A DNA stretch of 64,000 nt from Eledone cirrhosa (taxonomy: Eukaryota): the NCBI GenBank assembly GCA_964016885.1, contig OZ024743.1, positions 254,696,001-254,760,000 on the forward strand, given 5' to 3'. The notes beneath the pieces are model-generated. The model saw only the letters and a list, made by a program, of their open reading frames with translations. It made no database searches and was not told where the DNA came from. Of the stretch, positions 1-9,829 are shown piece after piece; position 1 is the first letter of the stretch, and every line of letters starts with the position of its first letter. The position numbers were made by a program, and so were the translations under genes.

Positions 1-895
1 AAATACATGTCTTTAATCCATTCATTACCATATTTCTAATAAAAGCCTCTGCTTATTTTTGAAAATAATGAAAAATTTTAAGGATTTAACTATTAACATC
101 TTGTCTTGCATGAAAACAACATTAACAAGTTATTCTTGAAAAGTATAAAACAGAACTATGACTGCAATACATTAAGAATTAATATCTTTACTCTAATACT
201 GTAAATAATCACAATGTTCTACCTATCAGTACAGACTCTACAAACATACAAATTAATGAACCTATTTTAGATATTTTATGTTAAATTGTTTCAGAAAGTT
301 AAGTTAATAATCTAACTAACTATCTCATTATTAAGTTGCGGTTTGGAGCATAATTTAACAAATGTCCTTATATAAATATATGTTGGAAGCTATTTAGATA
401 AATATAAATATTTTAAACCTGAACCTATCTCTGGTCCTATGACACAAAACTGTTTGTTTTAAAAGTGTTTATATTTATCTAAACCTTACAACATATCATG
501 TATGGTGTACCTATCTAAGCTAGATACACACATATGCTTTCTCTTCTTGATTAAGTGATGAAAAAATATGCTTACAGAATTAAATCAACAAAAGATATTT
601 AAACCCAATATTTATTTAGTAGTTTGAACACAATATCTAAAAACTATTTCACTATAAAATTATACACCTGAGTAGATAAACAGTCTAATTTTACTGAATA
701 TTTACATTTAAAAAATTACTTTTTAATCTATATTTTATATAACAAATCAATAGATATAAAAACAAACTGTAGATTTGATTCCTTATCTATTGAGAAATAA
801 AGATTTGTTGATTGATTTGGTTATTTTTAAAATTCCTGTTTAAAATATAGATTAATCAATTAAGATTGAAAAAGAAAAATGAAAATAGAATGTTC

Positions 896-1062
896 AGGAA
901 TGGCTATGTGGTTCACCTAAAGGAGTTCATCTAAAAACTATGTGGTTTCCAGTTCAATTATTTGCGGCATCTTGAGCAAGTGCCTTTTACTATATAGCTT
1001 CTGTTTGACTAATGCCTTGGTAGTGAAATTTAGTAGACAAAAATTGCAGAAGTCTGTTAAAT
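896..1062 (+). mobile_element. Degenerate tRNA-derived SINE ending in (TA)n
   Basis: Decayed box A (tggctatgtgg), box B-like ccagttcaatt, CORE-like 'cttgagcaagtgccttttactata', tail running into (TA)n at ~1066. Confidence 0.55.
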
Positions 1063-1080
1063 AGATATATATATATATAT

Positions 1081-1215
1081 AGTATAAAAGAGAAAACACC
1101 GGTAAGCATTAAGAGAAGGATTTAATCCAGGTATTTACGACCGTTTCATTGGTAAGTGCAACCTTATATTGCTATACTGCAAATAGCAGCCACTCAATTA
1201 TAATTGTTGTTCACA
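1081..1215 (-). repeat. Inverted pseudo-LTR copy (left)
   Basis: Reverse complement of 3933-4067, ~98% identical; abuts the 5' truncation of the ORF. Confidence 0.9.
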
Positions 1216-1216
1216 C

Positions 1217-2023
1217 AAGTCACGCAGTAGAAAATATATTTGGTATAACCCCATATTTAACACCTCTATTAGTACTAACCTACCCTCTACTTTCTTTAGA
1301 ATAATAAATAGGCACATTCCAGATTCACATAGATACAGCAAAATCCTTAACACTAAATCTATTAGACTATCCTACTCCACGGCACCAAATATAGAAGCAC
1401 ACATTAAGATGCTTAACGCTAAAAAGATACATAACAGCACCAAAACACAAATTTACAACAATAACAATACAATTACCACCGAACACAACGGAATATCTAA
1501 TACACAACCACCCGCTAATAGGCAAACAAAACGTAACACACTTGTACAGGCATCGCAGCCCACAAATAATGCCAAAGTTGCCCATAACAAGAAATGCAAC
1601 TGTCACCTACCTGAAACCTGTCCATTACAAAATGAATGTATGCAGTCTAACCTGGTTTACCAATGCACAGTGGAATCAGACAACCAGAAATGGTATTACA
1701 TCGGAGCGACTGGGAATACTTTTAAAGCTCGTTGGTATACACACCGTTACGCAATGAAACATTCCCAGCACCGTTATGTAACTACCCTTGCAAACAAGAC
1801 CTGGCAACTGAGGGAAAGTAACCATCAATACACCCTGAAGTGGAAAAAATTATCGAACGCACCCCCATATCGGAGTGGTATGAGAAGCTGTCGATTATGC
1901 GACCTTGAGCTGTTCCACATCTTAAGTTCGAAGAATATGTTACTCAACAATAAAATTGAGAGATCAATTTACTGTAACCATAGACTCAAAGAGAAATTTT
2001 CGCACTACAAATCGAACACTTAA
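1217..2023 (+). CDS. PLE ORF C-terminal part: RT thumb/linker plus GIY-YIG endonuclease (5'-truncated, no internal stops)
   Basis: The frame is open upstream of the ATG at 1409 (KSRSRKYIWYNPIF...SIRLSYS). It contains CxCx5Cx5C (CNCHLPETCPLQNEC), LVY..YIG, FKARW..H, KW, CRLC..E, LNN and a C-terminal CNH, the motif set I recall for Hydra-clade PLE endonucleases. Confidence 0.85.
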   Translation, partial: KSRSRKYIWYNPIFNTSISTNLPSTFFRIINRHIPDSHRYSKILNTKSIRLSYSTAPNIEAHIKMLNAKKIHNSTKTQIYNNNNTITTEHNGISNTQPPANRQTKRNTLVQASQPTNNAKVAHNKKCNCHLPETCPLQNECMQSNLVYQCTVESDNQKWYYIGATGNTFKARWYTHRYAMKHSQHRYVTTLANKTWQLRESNHQYTLKWKKLSNAPPYRSGMRSCRLCDLELFHILSSKNMLLNNKIERSIYCNHRLKEKFSHYKSNT

Positions 2024-2255
2024 CTGCTTACTACCAACTGACAAACTGCATATATTTAGACTTTATACCCTCTTATATCTAGACCCTTTAATTACCCACA
2101 AAACCAATACATATATCCCCCCCTTCTCCCTCATTCCTCTTCTATTTCTTCGTTTTCTTCCTTCCTTCCCCCTTCTTGGCTATCGTTTCTTTTCTTCCTC
2201 CTCACCCCCTTCTTTGCTTTTATTTTTGTCATTATTATCTTTATTTTTATTTTTT

Positions 2256-3104
2256 AAGACCAAAGTACTAGTTTGTAGGAAAGAAAACAAGGCGGCGGTC
2301 CCTTCTGGGAAATGGTCGTGCTCGGTGTGTAGGAAAGGCGTAGGTAGAAACTCCATTTTATGTCCTAAATGCAAAGTATGGGTGCATAAAAGATGTAGTG
2401 GGATCACAGGTAGGCTAACTAAGAACATAGATTTTACATGTGGCCGGTGCTCTGGTGCAATAAGTAGCAGCAAGTGCCCACAAACTACTAGCTCTTTCAA
2501 TTGCGCAGAGGGTTCTATAGAAATAGTGGACAGCTTCCGTTACCTGGGCGATAAAATCAGCAGTGGGGGAGGGTGCTCTGAAAGTACTGTAGCTAGAGTC
2601 AGAACTGGTTGGAAAAAGTTCAGAGAGCTTATACCACTATTAGCTGCTAAAGGGTTCTCACTAAAAATGAAAGGCAGGTTGTACGATGCCTGCATACGAA
2701 CAGCAATGCTGCATGGCAGTGAGACCTGGGCATTGTGTGCAGAGGATATACGCAGACTAGAGAGGAACGAAGCTTGCATGCTCCGCTGGATGTGTAACAG
2801 TAATATACGTGAACGGCAAAGCATAAACGAACTAAGGAATAAATTAGAGATAAGAGGGATCAGATGTTGTTTACTCGAGAGAAGGCTACGTTGGTATGGA
2901 CACGTGATGCGCATGAAAGTCGATAGCTGTATAACAAAGTGCAGGGCAATAAAGATAGACGGTAGTCACGGAATAGGCAGACCTAGAAAAACCTGGGACG
3001 AGCTGATAAACTCCGACATCACACACTTACACCTCTCCAAGACAATGTCACTGGACCGAGACCTTTGGCGGTACTCAGTAACAGAGAAGACCCGCCTTAC
3101 CTAA
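2256..3104 (+). pseudogene. RTE ORF 3' fragment with C4HC3 zinc finger (2319-2450)
   Basis: Open frame from KTKV. The N-terminal ~100 aa of the listed ORF 1956..3104 are unrelated pyrimidine-rich PLE sequence. Confidence 0.85.
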
Positions 3105-3502
3105 ATATATAGTAAAACCTACTCCAGCCAGTAGGCATCTCTAACAAATACACCCCGTCCCACCACCCCCACCCGATCCACACCACCCCGTTCTATGTAA
3201 AGTTATGTTGGTGCCGCGCCATCGAGGCCGAAACAAATGAGATCGTGTAGGTGTCACGACAAAAAAACACACAGTCCACGCTGTAATGTGGCCGTGTAGG
3301 CAACACGGTAAAAACCTCCCAGACCCACACTGTAAATGTGGTTGGTGTTAGGAAGGGCATCCAACTGTAGAAAACCTGCCAGACAGTCCTATGCGAGCAA
3401 GACAATCACTCTTGCCTCAAGTGGGACTACCCCCGTCCAAACCCATGCAAGCGTGGAACACGGACGTTAAACGCTGATGATGATGATGATGATGATGATG
3501 AT
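2256..3502 (+). mobile_element. 5'-truncated RTE-clade LINE (RT C-terminal part, 3' UTR, (GAT)n tail) nested in the PLE
   Basis: KTKVL...VDSFRYLG...MLHGSETW...RRLRWYGHVMR...GRPRKTW; stop at 3104; 3' UTR ends ggacgttaaac followed by (gat)n. Confidence 0.9.
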
Positions 3503-3533
3503 ATATGTGTATATGTGTGTGTGTGTGTGTATG

Positions 3534-3580
<47 letters not shown>

Positions 3581-3914
3581 ATGTGTGTGTATATATATAT
3601 TTATCTCTTTATATCCCCCCTCTCTCTCTCCTTCTCTATCCATCCATCCCACTATTATCTATTTAATTCTCTTTAACTCACTACACTCCATGACATGATG
3701 TCTGCTATCAAAACTGACCAAAGAATCCTTCCACCTCTACCCCTACCTCCACCTCAGTTTGTCATTCTACTTCTTACCTCTTCCCCCTTCCTCTCTCTCT
3801 ATACTATGCCATCTGTTCCCTCACCTCCTGATTCCTCTCTCTCTATACTAGTAAATACAATTCCAAATAAATGTTTTTCTCTATATATTAAGAATTATTT
3901 CAAGAGTAACTCAC

Positions 3915-4016
3915 TATTTTGAAAATTTGGACTGTGAACAACAATTATAATTGAGTGGCTGCTATTTGCAGTATAGCAATATAAGGTTGCACTTACCAAT
4001 GAAACGGTCGTAAATA
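3915..4016 (+). ncRNA. Degenerate type I hammerhead-like motif at the pLTR
   Basis: tatt / TTGAAAA (vs CTGANGA) / t-ttgg...ccaa-t / GAAAC-ggtc-GTA / aata. Two core substitutions, so probably inactive. Confidence 0.4.
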
Positions 4017-4067
4017 CCTGGATTAAATCTTTCTCTTAATGCTTACCTGTGTTTTTTCTTTTATACT
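3933..4067 (+). repeat. Pseudo-LTR copy (right)
   Basis: Matches the reverse complement of 1081-1215; continues as a unique tail to (TA)n at 4200. Confidence 0.9.
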
Positions 4068-4194
4068 TTATACTCCAAGATTGAACGGAATTCTTACAAA
4101 CTTGTGGAGTTACCCCTAACCGTACGTTGAAACCATCCATGAAACTGGCTTTCTTAACCAAAAACTGGATCACAATAAGCAATTTTTTGCTTCT

Positions 4195-4227
<33 letters not shown>

Positions 4228-4230
<3 letters not shown>

Positions 4231-4577
4231 TCATCAACATCATCATCATTTCATTTTACGTCCACTTTTCCCTGCTTGCAAGGGTGGGACGGGAACTGAT
4301 TCTGGCTTGATTTCTACAGCTGGATGCCCTTCCTAACACCAACCTCATTTACAGTGAGTGCTGGGTGCTTTTTTGCCGTGGCATCTCCACGACCACTTTA
4401 CAGTGGAATGATAGGGATCCCAGTCCCTATAATCTCATTTCTACAGCTGAGTAAACTGGAGCAACGTGAAATAAAATGTCTTGCTCAAGGAAACAACACA
4501 TCACCCGGTCTGAGAATTGAACTCACAACCTTTCGATTGCAAGGCCAATTCTCTAACCACTAAGCATGTGCCTTCGT
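4228..4577 (-). mobile_element. tRNA-head SINE with CORE-like centre and RTE-derived tail (copy 1)
   Basis: Minus strand: tgcttagtgg (box A), gagttcaattc (box B), ccttgagcaagaca, tail matching the LINE 3' UTR at ~12370-12520, (gat)n end. Confidence 0.85.
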
Positions 4578-4767
4578 TATATATATATATATATATTTAG
4601 GTTTGAAGGTTCACCACTGGATAGAGCTGGTCAATTCCGTATGGTCAATCTTGATGTAATGATATGTAGAGTGCTAAATTGGAAGATGCTAGATGGTCGG
4701 TCGTCCTCGGGTCTATGATTTTCAGCCCCATGGATTTTATCTGTTACATTCATTTATTATATTTCGA

Positions 4768-4825
4768 ATACCTGATGATATCATCGGATTCATACGGAAC
4801 TCGGTCATTGAAATGATCATAGTAT
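4768..4825 (+). ncRNA. Minimal type I hammerhead ribozyme motif
   Basis: Stem I atac/gtat; intact CTGATGA 4772-4778; 31-nt stem II; GAAA-T-gatc-A-TA (2-bp stem III with a palindromic loop). Confidence 0.6.
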
Positions 4826-4922
4826 AATAAACCTTTCAAGGATTTACACAAGTCCAGCCTCCTGTTATTTTATTATAATATTTCGGTTTATTATACTATG
4901 ATTATTTCTATGAAGGTTTATT

Positions 4923-4980
4923 ATACTATGATCATTTCAATGACCGAGTTCCGTATGAATCCGGTGATATCATCAGGTAT
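4923..4980 (-). ncRNA. Second copy of the same hammerhead motif
   Basis: Reverse complement of 4768-4825 with one substitution that improves stem II pairing (accg/cggt). Confidence 0.6.
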
Positions 4981-5150
4981 TCGAAATATAATAAATGAAT
5001 GTAACAGATAAAATCCATGGGGCTGAAAATCATAGACCCGAGGACGACCGACCATCTAGCATCTTCCAATTTAGCACTCTACATATCATTACATCAATAT
5101 TGACCATACGGAATTGACCAGCTCTATCCAGTGGTGAATCTTCAAACCTA

Positions 5151-5183
<33 letters not shown>

Positions 5184-5187
<4 letters not shown>

Positions 5188-5422
5188 TCATCATCATCAT
5201 CATCAACATTTAACGTCCGTGTTCCACGCTTGCATGGGTTTGGACGGGGGTTTTCCCACTTGAGGCAAGAGTGATTGTCTTGCTCGCATAGGACTGTCTG
5301 GCAGGTTTTCTACAGTTGGATGCCCTTCCTAACACCAACCACATTTACAGTGTGGGTCTGGGAGGTTTTTACCGTGTTGCCTACACGGCCACATTACAGC
5401 GTGGACTGTGTGTTTTTTTGTC
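5184..5422 (-). mobile_element. Solo 3' tail of the RTE LINE family (severely 5'-truncated insertion)
   Basis: Near-identical reverse complement of ~3258-3500; (atc)n end next to (TA)n. Confidence 0.85.
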
Positions 5423-5429
5423 ATATATA

Positions 5430-5771
5430 GATGCACATGGCTCAGTGGTTAGAGCATTGGCCTTGCAATCGAAAGGTTGTGAGTTCAATTCTCAGACCGG
5501 GTGATGTGTTGTTTCCTTGAGCAAGACACTTTATTTCACATTGCTCCAGTTTACTCAGCTGTAGAAATGAGATGATAGGGACTGGGGTCCATATCATTCC
5601 ACTGCAAAGTGGTTGTGGAGGTAGCACGGCAAAAACGCACCCAGCACTCACTGTAAATGAGGTTGGTGTTAGGAAGGGCATCCAGCTGTAGAAATCAAGC
5701 CAGAATCAGTTCCAGTCCCACCCTTGCAAGCAGGGAAAAGTGGACGTAAAATGAAATGATGATGAATGAAA

Positions 5772-5775
<4 letters not shown>
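5430..5775 (+). mobile_element. tRNA-head SINE with RTE-derived tail (copy 2)
   Basis: tggctcagtgg box A, gagttcaattc box B, same body as 4228-4577 with scattered substitutions. Confidence 0.85.
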
Positions 5776-5809
<34 letters not shown>

Positions 5810-5810
<1 letters not shown>

Positions 5811-6991
5811 ACTCTTATTAATGGTCAGTTCACTTCTACGAAATGTAATGTAAAAATACCATTTCTTCTTGTCTCCCCACCCTTCGGTTCATTCATCCAT
5901 ATATCTGTATAATCGCCCAGAATCCAAATCCTACTTTCTTAATGCTATTCTATAATTTTGTCTGGCTGTTCTAAATAATCTTGTGTATTTTAATCGCTTG
6001 TTACTGTTTATTACTTTATTTAAAACCTTCTCCTCGCTAACTACCCCATTCCCCTCTCGCCCGCCCCCACCATTATTATTTGGACCAATCATAAGTCAGC
6101 GGCCTATGCTATCACTTCTCCTGGTTGCTTTTCGATATGATGGATGGACTAAGGAATTTCTGGAGAGTCTGAAGAATTTGGACACTCAGAGACAATGCCA
6201 AAGATAACGACAAATTCACCTCATGCTGCCGGACGAAAGGGCAAGGACTCCTCCTCTTTGTTTCAGCCGCAGATGGCCAACATAACTCCAACCCCATCTC
6301 CCTCACCCCTCCCCGCACCCCACCCACTAAACGCAATCCAAAACTTCAGAGTTGGTACCATGAATGTAGGCACCTTAAAAGGCCGCTCTAACGAGGTTGT
6401 AGAAATGCTTGAACGTAAGGAGGTTGATGTTTGCTGTATCCAAGAGACCAGCTGGAGTGGCGGGTCTGCTAGATTCCTTGTGGGTAAAAAACGATGCTAT
6501 AAGCTTTTCTGGGTGGGAAATGACAATGGGCTGGGTGGGGTAGCAGAAAAATGGGCTGGGTCATGTTACCAGAAAAATAGGTGGATAAGATAATAGACGT
6601 AAATAGAGTGAATGACAGAATAATTAAAATAAGACTTGTTCTAAATAGAACTACTGTGACAGTAATATCTGCGTACACACCCCAATCCGGACTGCCTGGC
6701 ACTATAAAAGACAGATTCTATGAGACACTGATGCTCACTACCTCCCAAATAACCGACAGTGACTATATAATTATTGCTGGCGACCTAAATGGTCACGTTG
6801 GACAACATTGTGACGTCTATGACGTGGTTGGTGTTAGGAAGGGCATCCAGCCATAGAAAACCTGCCAGACAGTCCTATGCGAGCAAGATAATCACTTGTG
6901 CCTCAAGTGGGAAAACTCCCGTCCAAACCCATGCAAGCGTGGAAGATGGACGTTAAACGATGATGATGATGATGATGATAATGATGATGAT
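5810..6991 (+). mobile_element. RTE LINE 5' part with APE endonuclease joined directly to the 3' tail (probable internal deletion)
   Basis: Lies between TA tracts. The EN frame passes at ~6824 into gtggttggtgttaggaagggcatcc...(gat)n. The 5' boundary is inferred. Confidence 0.65.
6195..6823 (+). pseudogene. APE-like (EEP) endonuclease fragment of an RTE LINE
   Basis: VGTMNVGTL, CCIQETSW, VNDRII, ISAYTPQ, AGDLNGHVG; frameshift associated with a ~26-bp local duplication near 6527-6580. Confidence 0.85.
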
Positions 6992-7117
6992 ATATAAAGG
7001 AGTTTATATGTTGACCACTAATAACACTAAATAAAATTGATAATAATTAAGATTTTGTGTGTTTTCAACTAATCTGACCTCCATCAAGCCAACTGTCTAT
7101 ATATGCATATATATATA

Positions 7118-7478
7118 TATCACATAAGAAACAGAATCAGTGGTGCGACGAATAAGATTTATTAGACATATTACAATCGTTTCTCTGGTGACCAGCTCGA
7201 GGCATGATGGATGCAATGATCAAACCTGACTCTGAAATTGCAAGATCCTTGGATATGTCTCGATTCTACATAGAATCGAGACATATCCGAGGATCTTGCG
7301 ATATTCGATCATGCCTCGAGCTGGTCACCAGAGAAACGATTGTAATATGTCTAATAAATCTTATTCGTTGCACCACTGATTCTCCGTTTCTTATGTGATA
7401 TTATACTCTGCTCTGTAAGAGCATCGAGTGCTCAAATGGCATACCGCTTACAGACTCTTTAAGCATCCCACACCAATT
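7118..7478. mobile_element. Foldback mini-element (divergent inverted copies) with hammerhead motif, probably PLE-derived
   Basis: Outer arms ~7118-7208 / ~7308-7400; inner near-perfect hairpin ~7240-7268 / 7271-7299 with a 2-nt loop; flanked by (TA)n. Confidence 0.75.
7279..7352 (+). ncRNA. Type I hammerhead ribozyme variant (U4C core)
   Basis: 8-bp stem I agacatat/atatgtct; core CCGAGGA; stem II tct...aga (39 nt); GAAAC-gatt-GTA; AATAAA immediately downstream. Confidence 0.6.
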
Positions 7479-7929
7479 ATATATATATCCAAAATTAAAT
7501 TAAGGGTGTCATGTCCGAGAAACATGTGCCATATCCACTGTAGAATATGATAGTTAAATCTCCCTTGTTGAAAATCCTGGATTTGATTACTGTGATTTAC
7601 CGATTGATGGTGAAATATATTTCTTTAATGAAATTTATACAAATGAGATTAATCATTTTAAAAGGTATCTATATTTGAAGTTCTAGTTAAACTTTAATTG
7701 GAAACTACCTAGCTGTGTGTGCTTACACACTTTACAAATTATTCCCTGTGATTGTTTCATATGTTTATTTTATATATATATATCAATCAATTTCTAGTTG
7801 ATATATATAAATATATATATATACACATACACACATATATACATACACACATATATGGGCCTTCCAATTTCATTTTACATTATATACATATCTGTATATT
7901 TTAATTATTTAAAATTTATTTTTAAGTGA

Positions 7930-7960
7930 ACGTGACCCAAGGGGTCATGGGTGGTCTAGT
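7930..7960 (+). mobile_element. Helitron-like 3' terminus
   Basis: Hairpin gtgaccc-aag-gggtcat (7932-7948), then CTAG (7956-7959) followed by T in a TA tract. Confidence 0.5.
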
Positions 7961-8290
7961 ATATATATGGTGCAGACTTGACTGGCTAGATTTAATTAAC
8001 AGCAGCATTAATGTAGTATGATACAGAATAGTTGGAAAAGGAATACATATTTTTTTAATCTTTTAAATTCATCACCACTTATAGCAAGTAGAGAAATTAT
8101 CCCCATTGAACATGATTTCAACCTAAAAAATGACACTGAAATAGTGGTGGCTATTAAAGGCCCAGGGTTAGAGACTTTATCGGCCTGTAGGAGAATGAAT
8201 TTGAAAGCATACAAAAACAACTTGACACACTGGCCTCTACAGCTAAATATGTGTGTCTGTTAATTAACATAGATAAAACTATCTCATATG

Positions 8291-8707
8291 CTGCCACAAA
8301 ACCTTGAATTGGAAAAGAGCACAGCCACCATTCTTCTCAGAAACTTGGACAAGCCAAGATTGTGCAGTGGGATGCTTATGGTTGTGACAGAGTCTCACAT
8401 TGTCAAAGCCAAAATCCTCATTGGATGTCGTAAGCGAGACATTGGATTTATACCTTGAATGCCACTTATACCAACAGATGCTCCCTTTCATTTCAAATGA
8501 TTACAGTTCCCATTGAGAGTCAGTTTCACAATGACCATTAACAAGTCCCAAGGTCAAGCCCTACAGGTTGTTTGTATCCATCTAGAACAGGGATGTTTCT
8601 CACATGGTCAATTATATGTAGGTTATTCAAGACTAGGAAGAGCCTAAAAGCTTTTCATATAGGTTTCAAAGAAAAAGGTTAACATGATATATACTCAAGT
8701 TCTGTAA
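8291..8707 (+). pseudogene. Helitron Pif1-family helicase C-terminal remnant
   Basis: LLRNLDKPRLCSG...[37 protein letters not shown]...[13 protein letters not shown], ending NMIYTQVL*; several in-frame stops. Confidence 0.85.
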
Positions 8708-9171
8708 ATATTTTATAATTTTTATAGAATACATTTTTCTATTATTTTCTTTCTTTATTATATATCACCTTCTTTTCTGAAAATAGAATGAGTGGCAGGG
8801 GAAAAACCTCGGATCTTTTCAGCATCCAAGATTTCTTCAGTAAAGATAACAGTGGTGGGACAGAAGGGAATATATGGAGTTACAGATAAGCACCCCACAG
8901 TCATTTAAATTTATAGGTAAGCAATCCCTTGATGCTGAAGGTTGTTTTGATACTTCATCATTTTGTACTGTTGTGGAAAGCATTGTAAGCTTAATTAATT
9001 ATTCCCCAATTTCCAAATCCACCATTCCAGTATAGAGTGGCTGTGAGAAAGAGCAAAACTTACCCGACCCATCCACCCTAAAAAATAAAAACAAAACATA
9101 CCAGTAAATGCCATCAACAAAATCTCTCACAAATGATCCCTTGAGATAACCAGACCTATAAATATATTGAC

Positions 9172-9250
9172 ACTAAAATCATTGTATATACTGAAGTTCT
9201 GTAAATGTCTTTTAATTTTCGTAGAAGACATTTTTCTTTATTACTTTCGT
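9172..9250 (+). pseudogene. Second Helitron helicase C-terminal/3' UTR fragment
   Basis: TKIIVYTEVL* followed by sequence similar to 8708-8750. Confidence 0.5.
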
Positions 9251-9829
9251 ATTTAGATATTCTAAATAAATTTTATGCAACATTTAAATACTTTTTAACA
9301 TCTTTTATTCTAAGGAAAATGGACATTACAACAGAAGACAATAGGTACCTTATGAATATATTTAAGCACTGTACAGACTGGGGTGAAGGCTGTGTGTGTG
9401 CAAAATGGCTGGGTGAGCACACAGGCTTTTTCTCCCACAAAAATTATGTGTTGTTTGTGAACATATGTATATATGTACACATTGTCTCTTATCTGTTCAG
9501 TGTATAAGAAGTTCCTGTCCTTGAATCTGATTATAGTGGATATAGCTTGCACAGAACTATACCTATTTTTCAGACGAAACCATCAGGAAAAGCCGATGGC
9601 TCAACATATTTTGGGACATCGAGCAACTGATTCATCATCAGGTTTTCTGCCAGAGTTGCACTCGCCTAGTAAATATTTGGATGGCTGTTGACTGAGTTCT
9701 GCCACCCTTGGACAGGTTTTGTTTTTCCTCTCACAGAATGTCCAAAGAAATCACCCTCTTCACCAAGTTGGCTTAATGGGGTTGTGTGTTTAATTGCCAA
9801 CAACCTGACCATGCAACAGGAAAGCAAAG

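Larger units (their letters stand above)
1081..4199 (+). mobile_element. 5'-truncated Penelope-like retroelement (Hydra-clade-like) with inverted pseudo-LTR, interrupted by an RTE LINE
   Basis: Flanked by (TA)n at ~1066-1080 and 4200-4227. 135-bp inverted repeat 1081-1215 vs 3933-4067 with 3 mismatches. GIY-YIG frame between them. Degenerate hammerhead fold overlapping the right repeat. Confidence 0.85.
4596..5152. mobile_element. Foldback element: ~240-bp inverted arms (4596-4835 / 4913-5152), probably a non-autonomous PLE derivative
   Basis: Arms are near-perfect reverse complements with a 77-bp spacer, flanked by (TA)n on both sides; each arm carries a hammerhead fold followed by AATAAA. 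Confidence 0.8.

Noticed and set aside
1956-3104. 382-aa ORF with a hydrophobic N-terminus fused to RT/zinc finger
   Set aside because: Chance read-through from pyrimidine-rich PLE sequence into a LINE that begins at 2256.
5430-5505. tRNA gene
   Set aside because: Box A/B are present but there is no proper acceptor stem and the sequence continues into a SINE body.
4228-5775. One large inverted duplication centred on the foldback element
   Set aside because: The two SINEs differ much more than the foldback arms and an RTE tail lies on one side only; independent insertions fit better.
6020-6190. HDV-like ribozyme at the RTE 5' end
   Set aside because: A tcctcgc motif is present but I could not build the nested pseudoknot pairings.
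8158-8200. 2A-like peptide on the minus strand (LLQADKVSNPGP)
   Set aside because: Lacks the DxExNPGP consensus and no recognisable ORF follows.
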